From the NCBI GenBank assembly GCA_028282245.1, contig JANQIL010000030.1, positions 8,538 through 32,537 on the forward strand: a stretch of DNA of 24,000 nt, given 5' to 3'. A program made the position numbers and the translations under genes. Shown in pieces: positions 1-6,464 of this stretch (position 1 is the stretch's first letter; each line of letters starts with the position of its first letter). Origin of the DNA: Magnetospira sp. (lineage in GTDB: Bacteria; Pseudomonadota; Alphaproteobacteria; Rhodospirillales; Magnetospiraceae). The notes beneath the pieces are model-generated. The model saw only the letters and a list, made by a program, of their open reading frames with translations. It made no database searches and was not told where the DNA came from.

Positions 1-632
1 CCCTGGCCAATTTGACGGCCAAAACACCAAAGGACCAAAAGGCCGATCGTCATGTTCACCAGGCCGAGGACGAGGCCGCTCTTGAACGTCCCCAGAAACG
101 GCAGCAGAAGCAACGGAAAGGCCAGAGTCGCGATCAATGCCCCCAGGTAATCCAGGGACAGCACGTGCGCGATACTGATCCTTAGGGACTCATACGTCTC
201 CAGCAGACGGGTCAGGAACGGCACCTCCAGGCCGATGAGAAACCCGATGGCCAATGTCAGGCTCGCATAAACCCAGATGAAAACGTCGCTGTGGGAAAAC
301 GCGAGATAAAGGACCGGCACGGAAAAGCCGCCGAGCAGGCCCAAGGCGACCTCCGCCCCGACCAGGAACCGGAGAAGGTTCCCCTTGACAAACTTCGACG
401 CAAAGGCCCCGAGGCCCAGGGCGGCCATGTAGAGGCCGATGGTCAGCGAGAAATACCTCACGCTGTCTCCGAGGAAGTAAACCACGGTGGTCGCGATCAA
501 CAGCTCGTAAACGATGGAGCAAAGACCGGCAACGAAGACAGCGTAGACGAGGGTGAAGATCTCCGTCGACCGCCCTCGACCAGCGGTTTGGGCGATATCC
601 ATCGCTTGGATTTCGGTGGATGCGACACCCAT
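1..632 (-). CDS. Membrane-anchored spermidine/spermine-synthase-like protein (polyamine aminopropyltransferase family). Only the N-terminal multi-TM domain is in the window; the 3' part runs off the window start.
   Basis: Absent from the ORF track because it has no in-window stop. Hand translation of the minus strand from ATG 632-630 stays open down to base 3: MGVASTEIQAMDIAQTAGRGRSTEIFTLVYAVFVAGLCSIVYELLIATTVVYFLGDSVRYFSLTIGLYMAALGLGAFASKFV...HVLSLDYLGALIATLAFPLLLLPFLGTFKSGLVLGLVNMTIGLLVLW. The YEL..A....YFLGDS...FS..IG.Y and L..DYLGAL...L.FP..L.P.LG motifs match what I recall of the TM domain of fused spermidine-synthase-like proteins. An alternative start is ATG 602-600. The gene begins 6 nt after the stop of the upstream gene. 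Confidence 0.7.
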   Translation of the reverse strand, partial: MGVASTEIQAMDIAQTAGRGRSTEIFTLVYAVFVAGLCSIVYELLIATTVVYFLGDSVRYFSLTIGLYMAALGLGAFASKFVKGNLLRFLVGAEVALGLLGGFSVPVLYLAFSHSDVFIWVYASLTLAIGFLIGLEVPFLTRLLETYESLRISIAHVLSLDYLGALIATLAFPLLLLPFLGTFKSGLVLGLVNMTIGLLVLWCFGRQIGQ

Positions 633-638
633 CGGAAA

Positions 639-947
639 TTATTTGCCTCCCCGCATTCCTCCCCCCGCAACCTTGGGGCCGCCGACGCTCCCGGTGCGCG
701 CGCTCGGTCCGCCGGCCACGGTGCCCGCGCTCGACCCGCCGGCCACGGTGCCCGCGCCCGGCCCGCTGGTTCCGTGGTAGTAGGGTCGCGAACTGCCCCA
801 GTAGAAAAGGCCGCCTCCGGATCCCCGGAAATTGTTGTATCCGGGATAGCCGTATCCCTCGCTCGACGGCTTGAGGAGGAGCAGCCAAATCAAGACAAGA
901 ACTCCCCCGGTGATCAGCATGACCTTCGTTGTCTTGCTCATCATCAT
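639..947 (-). CDS. Small glycine/tyrosine-rich membrane protein of unknown function, 102 aa
   Basis: ORF MMMSKTTKVMLITGGVLVLIWLLLL... has one N-terminal TM helix. A 77-aa tail follows, with 25 Gly by my count plus GYGYPGY and AGTVAGG repeats. An AGGGGA Shine-Dalgarno-like sequence lies directly upstream of the triple ATG. It is wedged 17 nt after the upstream gene and 6 nt before the downstream gene on the same strand. Confidence 0.6.
   Translation of the reverse strand: MMMSKTTKVMLITGGVLVLIWLLLLKPSSEGYGYPGYNNFRGSGGGLFYWGSSRPYYHGTSGPGAGTVAGGSSAGTVAGGPSARTGSVGGPKVAGGGMRGGK
709..757. repeat. 27-bp-period tandem direct repeat inside the Gly-rich gene
   Basis: ccgccggccacggtgcccgcgc at 709-730 recurs identically at 736-757 (22/22). 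A degenerate third unit lies just upstream, at about 682-708. On the minus strand the repeat encodes the reiterated (S/G)AGTVAGG(S/P) peptide. Confidence 0.85.
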
Positions 948-964
948 TCCCCTATTCTTTTATT

Positions 965-1582
965 TTATTTAGTCATCTTCTCCACGAAACTCAAAATCGT
1001 CAGGTTGCGAATTTCGTTCATGAGCACCCCAACGATCAGAAGTATCCAAGCGATAATCTTTAAGGGACCGTTGCTGCCCCGAATGTGTCTGACTTTGACG
1101 GTCAGCTTGGTTTCTTTGTATGACTCAAAAAAGCCGACATTGGAATTGCGGCCGGTTTGCACGCGAAATTTTAAGTAGTAGATTCCCGACTCAGGTATGA
1201 CGACACGGATACCATTGAAATCTATGCTCTCTTCCCACCGTTCTCCACCATCGACCCCGGATTCATGATAGGTCTCACCGCCAAACGACATCAATGTGTT
1301 GTTTTTTTCGTCCAGAAGATCGGCCTCCACATACGCCCAGCCATTCCTCGGCGGAGAATTGACGATCTTTATCTCAAGGACCGTATTCGACTCGCTGGTT
1401 TTAATCGGACCATACAAATGGTAGGAGCTAATTTTTTTTAGTTCGGAATGCGTCCAAGAAGCGAAGTAGTAGGCCGTCGCGAAAAAGAGGAAGGAAAACC
1501 CGACGAAAACCAACCCCAACTTGCCCCAGTCGATTTTTTCGGGCTCGGTCTCCGTAACCTTGAGAAGTGGTCCCGTTTCCAT
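965..1582 (-). CDS. Two-TM membrane protein with a roughly 125-aa extracytoplasmic beta-rich domain; no family recognised (205 aa)
   Basis: The track ORF 965..1633 was trimmed to ATG 1582-1580, which has a GGAGG sequence 5-6 nt upstream and avoids overlap with the DUF350 gene stop at 1593. Sequence: METGPLLKVTETEPEKIDWGK-LGLVFVGFSFLFFATAYYFASW (TM1), a soluble region (VLEIKIVNSPPRNGWAYVEADLLDEKNN...GIYYLKFRVQTGRN...KLTVKVRHIRG), then LKIIAWILLIVGVLM (TM2). GC is about 38-47% in three hand-counted 60-nt lines, far below the flanks. Confidence 0.75.
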   Translation of the reverse strand: METGPLLKVTETEPEKIDWGKLGLVFVGFSFLFFATAYYFASWTHSELKKISSYHLYGPIKTSESNTVLEIKIVNSPPRNGWAYVEADLLDEKNNTLMSFGGETYHESGVDGGERWEESIDFNGIRVVIPESGIYYLKFRVQTGRNSNVGFFESYKETKLTVKVRHIRGSNGPLKIIAWILLIVGVLMNEIRNLTILSFVEKMTK

Positions 1583-1592
1583 CTCGAGCCTC

Positions 1593-2444
1593 CTACAACA
1601 GGGACACCAGGACAATGGCGAAGCAAACGGCAACGCACATTTCCAGGAAACCCGCCGCCAGATTACGGTCTTCCGAAATCTCCTTGTTCAAGGGGTGCCC
1701 CGTTAACACGAGTCTGTCCATGAACACGCGAACGACCTGAAGGACGACCATCCCAACGACGGCCGTATAGGCGAACACCTCCAGATTCGAGATCCAACCG
1801 ACGAAGTCGCCATAGGTCCCCTTGGCGACGATCAATCCGAGCGCGACCAGCGTGCCGCCGAATCCGACGCCAGCCGCGGTGTTGCCCTGCTCGATTTCCT
1901 TCTGCAGGTCGTAGGGCGTGGTCAGGTCGTACAGCCACGCGAACAGCAGCAGCACGGCCTGCCCAAGAACGAAGAACGCCAAGGCGGTATGGACGCCGCC
2001 ACCCTGTCCATTGATGCTCGCGGCGGCAACCAGCCCGGTGGCGACATAGACGCCGAAGCGGACCGCCGCCATTCCGATGTTCCGGCCCTCGACGATCGCC
2101 GTGATGTTGCAGAAGCGCCGGAAGATAAGCTTGTCCAAGCTCCACCGGGACAGATTGAGGAACACCAGGCCGAGGATCGAATACCCCGCCACCAAGCTCA
2201 TGTCGGTCAGCAAGTCATTGGTGCTCGGACCGATCAGGGCGCCGACGAAGATGATTGCCGTCGCGAGGAGATAGCCCGTCACCGACAGGCCGACCGCCGG
2301 ATTGTCCTTCTGCGCCAGTTGGACGATCAACTTGTAGGGGGTGAGAACATCCTTCAGGAGTTTCGCCAACAGGAAGAGGATCGCGTAGACGCCAACGAAG
2401 GCCAGCGACCTCAAGGTCTCGTCCCACAGCACGTCCCATTCCAT
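1593..2444 (-). CDS. DUF350 (YjfL-like) integral membrane protein with four DUF350-type repeats, 283 aa
   Basis: The DUF350-like signature occurs four times: LTPYKLIVQLAQKDNPAVGLSVTGYLLATAII, FCNITAIVEGRNIGMAAVRFGVYVATGLV, LTTPYDLQKEIEQGNTAAGVGFGGTLVALGLIV, and HPLNKEISEDRNLAAGFLEMCVAVCFAIVL. The protein is hydrophobic throughout. The start ATG lies 1 nt after the upstream stop (TGAcATG), with GGGGAG 6 nt upstream. Confidence 0.85.
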   Translation of the reverse strand: MEWDVLWDETLRSLAFVGVYAILFLLAKLLKDVLTPYKLIVQLAQKDNPAVGLSVTGYLLATAIIFVGALIGPSTNDLLTDMSLVAGYSILGLVFLNLSRWSLDKLIFRRFCNITAIVEGRNIGMAAVRFGVYVATGLVAAASINGQGGGVHTALAFFVLGQAVLLLFAWLYDLTTPYDLQKEIEQGNTAAGVGFGGTLVALGLIVAKGTYGDFVGWISNLEVFAYTAVVGMVVLQVVRVFMDRLVLTGHPLNKEISEDRNLAAGFLEMCVAVCFAIVLVSLL

Positions 2445-2445
2445 G

Positions 2446-3096
2446 TCAGGTCTCCCCGGAAACCGAATAGATGGTGATCTGCGAGGATTTCAGCGGCTGC
2501 GAGACGTGGCATTCAAACGCTCCGTCACCACGCCACCGCTCGATCGAAATGGACGTCTCTCCGTCGCGCGCCAGAAAGTCCCAATAGCGGAATTCCTCGC
2601 GGGACAGGACATTTCCGTTGCGATGGAAGACCGCCTCGCCGGAATCGTCGTACAGGTATTCGTCGTTCTCGAACTTGAAGCCGCCCTGTTCGTTATCGTC
2701 GAACCGGGACAGGTCTTTCTTGGTCACCTTGAGGTCGTCCAAGGACAGTTTGCGGAGCGTGACCGAGATCTCCAACTCGTCGTCGCGCTCGACCGTGACC
2801 CAGACCTTTCGCGCCCCGGCATTGCATTCCAGTTCCGCCCACTGGAAACCGTCTTCGTCGTAAAGGTGGCGAGCCTCGACGGTCAGGTCGATGTCGTCCA
2901 TGGCCGCGCCGACCGCCCGCAGGCTGAACACGCCGCCGGGCCTCATGTCCTCCAGGGTCGGTTCCCCGAAACCTCCGCGCCCCAAGGAAGATGTCTGGGC
3001 GCCCCTGGCCTTCTTCTTCGAAAAATTCGCCATGAAAATGACCAGCGTGGCGGCCCCCGCCACGAAAACCATGAAGAGGAGGAAGGTATAATCCAT
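2446..3096 (-). CDS. DUF4178 (YdjH-like) protein with an N-terminal TM anchor, 216 aa
   Basis: N-terminal helix FLLFMVFVAGAATLVIFMANF is followed by ...YDEDGFQWAELECNAGARKVWVTVERDDELEISV...YLYDDSGEAVFHRNG...RYWDFLARDGETSISIERW. The W.E...G...W..vE.DDELE and ...iE.W pattern is what I recall for DUF4178, a known PspA neighbour (B. subtilis ydjH). A GAGG Shine-Dalgarno-like sequence lies 5 nt upstream. Confidence 0.75.
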   Translation of the reverse strand: MDYTFLLFMVFVAGAATLVIFMANFSKKKARGAQTSSLGRGGFGEPTLEDMRPGGVFSLRAVGAAMDDIDLTVEARHLYDEDGFQWAELECNAGARKVWVTVERDDELEISVTLRKLSLDDLKVTKKDLSRFDDNEQGGFKFENDEYLYDDSGEAVFHRNGNVLSREEFRYWDFLARDGETSISIERWRGDGAFECHVSQPLKSSQITIYSVSGET

Positions 3097-3108
3097 GTTC
3101 GCCTCGCT

Positions 3109-3852
3109 TTACTTGCCCGGCAACCGCGCCGGCTCTCCAGGCGCCGGAAGCGCCCCCCCGACACCCATGCGAGCCTTCAGGTCCTCGAGCGAAGCCGACG
3201 TCCGGCCTCCACCACTCAGCGCGGCATTGATCTCGTCGTCCACGGAGTGGTCCATCCGCGCCAGTTCGCCATAGGCCTCGGCAAGGGATTCCTCCGTCGC
3301 CACCTTTTCCCGCATCCGCTCCAACATCGAGATGGTCCCCGAGGGATCCACCTGCGCCATTTGCTCGTTGAGCTTGCGGGTCGCCCTGCTGACCTGCGAC
3401 CGGGCCCTCAAGGTCTTGAGTTCGTTCTCCCATTTGGAGATGTTGGATCTGAGGGCCTGGATGTTGTTTTCCATCTGGCCGGTCATGGCATTGAGTTTTT
3501 CCAACTCGCGCATCTGAACCGTTCCGCGCTCGATGGCGCCGTCCCGCCTCCCCAAGGCTTCCGTCGCCAGCCTTTCCGCGTCGGCGACGTCCATCTCGCC
3601 GTTTTGCGCCTTCCCTAGCAGCAGCATGGCCTTCTGTTCATAGTCCGCGGCCGTTTCCTTGCTGTGCTGCAAGTCGCGCTTGGCCTTGATGACCTGCGCC
3701 TTCACCTGCCCGAGGCTCTGCATGGAATTGGACAGGTCCTGACGCAGATCGCGGATTCCCTGTTCGGCCACCTTGATGGGGTCCTCGAGCTTGTCCATCA
3801 CGGCATGGGCCTCGGACTTGCCCCAGGTGAACAGCCTGTTAAAAATGCTCAT
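3109..3852 (-). CDS. PspA/IM30 family protein (YjfJ-like phage-shock-protein-A paralog), 247 aa
   Basis: MSIFNRLFTWGKSEAHAVMDKLEDPIKVAEQGIRDLRQDLSNSMQSLGQVKAQVIKAKRDLQ... is the classic PspA/IM30 N-terminus. A long coiled coil follows. GGGGAGA lies 6 nt upstream of the ATG. Confidence 0.95.
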   Translation of the reverse strand: MSIFNRLFTWGKSEAHAVMDKLEDPIKVAEQGIRDLRQDLSNSMQSLGQVKAQVIKAKRDLQHSKETAADYEQKAMLLLGKAQNGEMDVADAERLATEALGRRDGAIERGTVQMRELEKLNAMTGQMENNIQALRSNISKWENELKTLRARSQVSRATRKLNEQMAQVDPSGTISMLERMREKVATEESLAEAYGELARMDHSVDDEINAALSGGGRTSASLEDLKARMGVGGALPAPGEPARLPGK

Positions 3853-3878
3853 CGGTCATCTCCCCGTTTCCATGCCAC

Positions 3879-4280
3879 TCAAGCCGGTTTCGCGAAACCG
3901 ACCAGTTCGTCGGCATGCATCGCCAATCCCAAGCCAAGGGCATTCAGGGACGCCTCCAACTCATTCAGGTCGAGGTTGGCCAATTGCAGGGTGTCTCGGA
4001 AAATCACGTGCGCCCCGTCCTCGTCCATGACGAAGGCGCCATGGACGAGCTCGCGGTTCATCTGCAACAGACGCTTATACATGGTCGCGTCGTCGCTCTT
4101 GACCGGAAAGATCACCTGCTCGATCACCAGAAGCTCGTCCTCGCAGTCGACAACCATGTGGTTCACGCCGCGATTCGCGTCGTTCACCACGTAAAGCGTG
4201 CGTTCCGCGTCCTCTTTGGCGATATCGACTTCAAGGTCTTCAAGGTAACCTTTGACTTTCTCAAAATAAGAATTCGACAC
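3879..4280 (-). CDS. Small acidic cytoplasmic protein, YjfI/DUF2170-like (secretion-chaperone-like fold suspected); first gene of the operon, 133 aa
   Basis: GTG start (cac at 4278-4280) with GGGGGAG 6 nt upstream. Sequence: MSNSYFEKVKGYLEDLEVDIAKEDAERTLYVVNDANRGVNHMVVDCEDELLVIEQVIFPVKSDDATMYKRLLQMNRELVHGAFVMDEDGAHVIFRDTLQLANLDLNELEASLNAL.... The family call rests on its position immediately upstream of a PspA paralog, on size (as I recall, close to that of E. coli YjfI), and on a YbjN/CesT-like alternation of strands and helices. It is not based on an alignment. Confidence 0.6.
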   Translation of the reverse strand: MSNSYFEKVKGYLEDLEVDIAKEDAERTLYVVNDANRGVNHMVVDCEDELLVIEQVIFPVKSDDATMYKRLLQMNRELVHGAFVMDEDGAHVIFRDTLQLANLDLNELEASLNALGLGLAMHADELVGFAKPA

Positions 4281-4323
4281 GATTCACTCCCCCAGGGCGG
4301 ATACGGCCTAACCGAGAGCGAGC

Positions 4324-4351
4324 AGTATGGGGTTTCTCGTGCAAAGGTCAA
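4324..4351 (-). promoter_or_regulatory. Candidate sigma70-type promoter of the PspA-family operon
   Basis: The minus strand reads TTGACC (4351-4346), a 16-nt spacer, then CATACT (4329-4324), about 40 nt upstream of the GTG at 4280. AT-rich DUF-free DNA lies upstream and contains the 8-bp palindrome AATGCATT (about 4367-4374). No convincing sigma54 -24/-12 element was found, unlike E. coli pspA. Confidence 0.3.
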
Positions 4352-4499
4352 CGGGGCGTCGTCGAAATGCATTAAATATTACGCTGTGTTCTGCTTATGG
4401 TTGTTTATTCTTGGCAAAAATTTCAAGAAAACCAGAGCGATTTTCGCGGATAAGATTTGAACGACTCTTTGGAGTCACGGGCGATTGACGCCCAAAACC

Positions 4500-4583
4500 G
4501 GATCGGTCACCCGCCTTGCCCGGCAGCAAATCCTCAATCCGCGCCCATTGCGCGTCGGTCAGGGTTCTTCTGCTCAAGATCAT
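4500..4583 (-). pseudogene. Remnant of an IS5-family (DUF4096-type N-terminus) transposase gene
   Basis: ORF 4395..4583 begins MILSRRTLTDAQWARIEDLLPGKAGDR. This matches the conserved L(T/S)D.(E/Q)W..I..LLPGK..D.G N-terminus of IS4/IS5-family transposases. Similarity then stops and the frame ends after 62 aa, with no transposase body in any frame. It lies between the operon promoter and the stop of the diguanylate cyclase gene. Confidence 0.5.
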
Positions 4584-4647
4584 CTCCCGTTTTTGATCTT
4601 GAATCAGAAATCTCCCGGCTTGGGAATCCTTTTAATGAAGACGCCGC

Positions 4648-5682
4648 CTAGGCCGCGACCACCAGCTTGTTCTTGCCGGCCTGCTTGGCTTCGAGCAGGG
4701 CGGAGTCCGCGCGCTCCAGGAACGCTTGCAGGGATTCCGGCGGGGAGTAGCTGGTCATTCCCATCGAAATCGTCAGGTTGCCGAAGGTTTCGTTGCTGCC
4801 GCGCCGGCGCAACGGCGTCGAGGCCATTCGATCGCGCAGTCTTTCGGCCAGGTGCCGGGCATCGGCCGGGCCGATCTTGGAGAGCAAGATGACGAATTCG
4901 TCGCCGCCGAACCGTCCGCAGAGGTCGTGGTCGCGCACGCCGCTCCGAATGATCCGCGCCACCAGCTTGAGCACCATGTCGCCCACCGGATGGCCGTAGT
5001 TGTCGTTGAACCGCTTGAAATCGTCGATGTCGAAAAACAGCATGGCCAAGCCCTCCTCGCGCGCGTCCGGGGAGGTCAGGAGCCTTTCCACCTCGTCCTC
5101 GAAATGGCGCCGATTGAACAGACCCGTCACCACGTCGGTGCGCGCCATCTGCCGGATTTCGTCCAGTTGGGCCTTCAATATGTTCACGGTCCGGGTCGAC
5201 TCGCGCAACCTGTCGCACAGCGCCCGGTTGGTTTCGACGAGACCGTCGGTATCGAACTTGGCGCCGTTGATGATGCGCCGGGTCTCGGCATCGTCCCGGG
5301 CCGCGACGAGACGCTCCGACAAACCGCCGAGGTGCCCCCCGAAAGCCTCGGTATCGCGCTCGATCGTCTGCGCCGAGCGGACGATCTCGCCGGCCTCGAC
5401 GGCCAGAAGTTGCCCCGAATTGGTGAACTCCTCGAATTCCGGCAATGACAGGAGGCGCGTGCAGACGATCCGCGTCTTGTCGGCGAGGCTTGCCGATTGG
5501 TTCGGGGCCTCGGCCATGTCGCGGGCCTCCAGGGCCTCGCTGAGGCCTCGGATTTCATCCCGGGCCTCGGCCAGGAACGCACTGATGTAGACTGTCTTCA
5601 GGGGCAGGCCATGGGATTCCATGGCCCGATAGGCCTGTTCGAGCTCCTTCGTGATGTGGTCAAACGTTTTGCTAGTGATCAT
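4648..5682 (-). CDS. GGDEF-domain diguanylate cyclase with I-site, 344 aa
   Basis: The C-terminal half reads DVVTGLFNRRHFEDEVERLL...LAMLFFDIDDFKRFNDNYGHPVGDMVLKLVA...RDHDLCGRFGGDEFVILL. The GGDEF active site is intact, and RxxD (RDHD) lies five residues upstream, forming the allosteric I-site. The N-terminal 170 aa or so is helical or coiled-coil, with no TM segment or recognisable sensor domain. Confidence 0.9.
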   Translation of the reverse strand: MITSKTFDHITKELEQAYRAMESHGLPLKTVYISAFLAEARDEIRGLSEALEARDMAEAPNQSASLADKTRIVCTRLLSLPEFEEFTNSGQLLAVEAGEIVRSAQTIERDTEAFGGHLGGLSERLVAARDDAETRRIINGAKFDTDGLVETNRALCDRLRESTRTVNILKAQLDEIRQMARTDVVTGLFNRRHFEDEVERLLTSPDAREEGLAMLFFDIDDFKRFNDNYGHPVGDMVLKLVARIIRSGVRDHDLCGRFGGDEFVILLSKIGPADARHLAERLRDRMASTPLRRRGSNETFGNLTISMGMTSYSPPESLQAFLERADSALLEAKQAGKNKLVVAA

Positions 5683-5716
5683 TCCAGTTCTGCGTCGTTA
5701 GGGTTGCCGAAACAGT

Positions 5717-5745
5717 ACTATACCAAAGTTAAAGATTTGTGCCAG
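5717..5745 (-). promoter_or_regulatory. Candidate extended -10 promoter for the diguanylate cyclase gene
   Basis: The minus strand reads CTGGCA (5745-5740), a 17-nt spacer, then TGG-TATAGT (the -10 at 5722-5717, preceded by TG). This is about 35 nt upstream of ATG 5682. Confidence 0.35.
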
Positions 5746-5748
5746 TGA

Positions 5749-5777
5749 TTGAGAACTCCAGGCCGAAACCGTTAAAT
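5749..5777 (+). promoter_or_regulatory. Candidate sigma70 promoter for ppa
   Basis: TTGAGA (5749-5754), a 17-nt spacer, then TTAAAT (5772-5777). It sits back to back with the divergent cyclase promoter, about 90 nt upstream of ATG 5871. Confidence 0.35.
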
Positions 5778-5870
5778 CGATTTTGCGATGCGGCAACATC
5801 TTGCGTCGCCGCTCGGGGCCGCGTATCACATCCTTCGCCTGCCAGACCCTTACCCGCGACAGGAGCACCC

Positions 5871-6407
5871 ATGGACATCGAAAAAATCGCCGTCGGCAAG
5901 AATCCTCCCTACGACATCAACGTCCTGATCGAGATTCCCCTGGGCGGCAATCCGGTCAAGTACGAACTCGACAAGGAGTCCGGCGCGATGTTCGTCGACC
6001 GATTCCTGCATACCGCCATGTATTACCCGTTCAATTACGGGTTCGTGCCGCACACCCTGTCGGAGGATGGCGACCCGGTGGACGCCGCCGTCGTCGGCCG
6101 GATTCCGGTGGCGCCCGGCGTGATCATCCGGTCGCGGCCGATCGGGGTGTTGATCATGGAGGACGAGGCGGGCATCGACGAGAAGCTGCTTTGCGTTCCG
6201 GTCGACGACCTGCACCCGTATTATACCGACACCACCTCGTATCGCGACCTGCCGACCATCATGATCGAGCAGTTCGCCCATTTCTTCGGCCACTACAAGG
6301 ACCTGGAAAAGGGCAAGTGGGTGCAGGTGAAGCGCTGGGGCGAAGCCGCGGAGGCGTTCGACCTGCTGCGCGCCGGCATGGAGCGGGCAATCAACGCCGA
6401 CAAGTAG
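5871..6407 (+). CDS. ppa: Inorganic pyrophosphatase (family I), 178 aa
   Basis: The track ORF 5739..6407 was trimmed to ATG 5871, which has AGGAG at 5861-5865. MDIEKIAVGKNPPYDINVLIEIPLGGNPVKYELDKESGAMFVDRFLHTAMYYPFNYGFVPHTLSEDGDPVD...HFFGHYKDLEKGKWVQVKRW aligns along its length with E. coli PPase as I recall it. Confidence 0.95.
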   Translation: MDIEKIAVGKNPPYDINVLIEIPLGGNPVKYELDKESGAMFVDRFLHTAMYYPFNYGFVPHTLSEDGDPVDAAVVGRIPVAPGVIIRSRPIGVLIMEDEAGIDEKLLCVPVDDLHPYYTDTTSYRDLPTIMIEQFAHFFGHYKDLEKGKWVQVKRWGEAAEAFDLLRAGMERAINADK

Positions 6408-6464
6408 GCGGCATGGCGCGGCGGCGGACTGGCCGAACGCGACTCGCGGTGATATTATAGCGCC

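Noticed and set aside
190-1178. ORFs 190..888 (-, 232 aa), 291..1178 (+, 295 aa), 553..780 and 620..874
   Set aside because: These are Arg/Pro-rich translations. They overlap the open frame of the spermidine-synthase-like gene and the Gly-rich gene, which have sensible membrane-protein sequences and Shine-Dalgarno sites.
4361-4375. The GAAATGC core upstream of the PspA operon (tcgaaatgcatt) resembles the GAAATGC arms at 18207, 18511 and 18534, which could suggest a shared regulator
   Set aside because: A 7-mer recurring four times in 24 kb on either strand is well within chance expectation. Spacing and context differ. It is kept only as a note inside the local 18.1-18.7 kb finding.
4409-4425. 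TGGCAA-N5-TTCA upstream of the PspA operon; looked for because E. coli pspA is sigma54-dependent
   Set aside because: It is on the plus strand, which is the wrong orientation for the operon. It also lacks the -12 GC dinucleotide.
5728-5746. Sigma54-like element CTGGCAC-N5-TTTAA on the minus strand, upstream of the cyclase gene
   Set aside because: The -24 TGGCAC is perfect, but the essential GC of the -12 element (TTGC) is replaced by TA. The same bases are better explained as the -35 hexamer of an extended -10 sigma70 promoter.
5739-5870. N-terminal extensions offered by the track for ppa (5739), ccmI (8795), ccmB (14058), the VIT-VWA gene (18159), the aminotransferase (18088), the endopeptidase (22937) and the two-TM gene (1633)
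   Set aside because: The extended parts are Arg/Pro-rich or overlap the preceding gene. Internal starts have Shine-Dalgarno sequences or 4-nt stop/start overlaps, and they match the known N-termini of the families.
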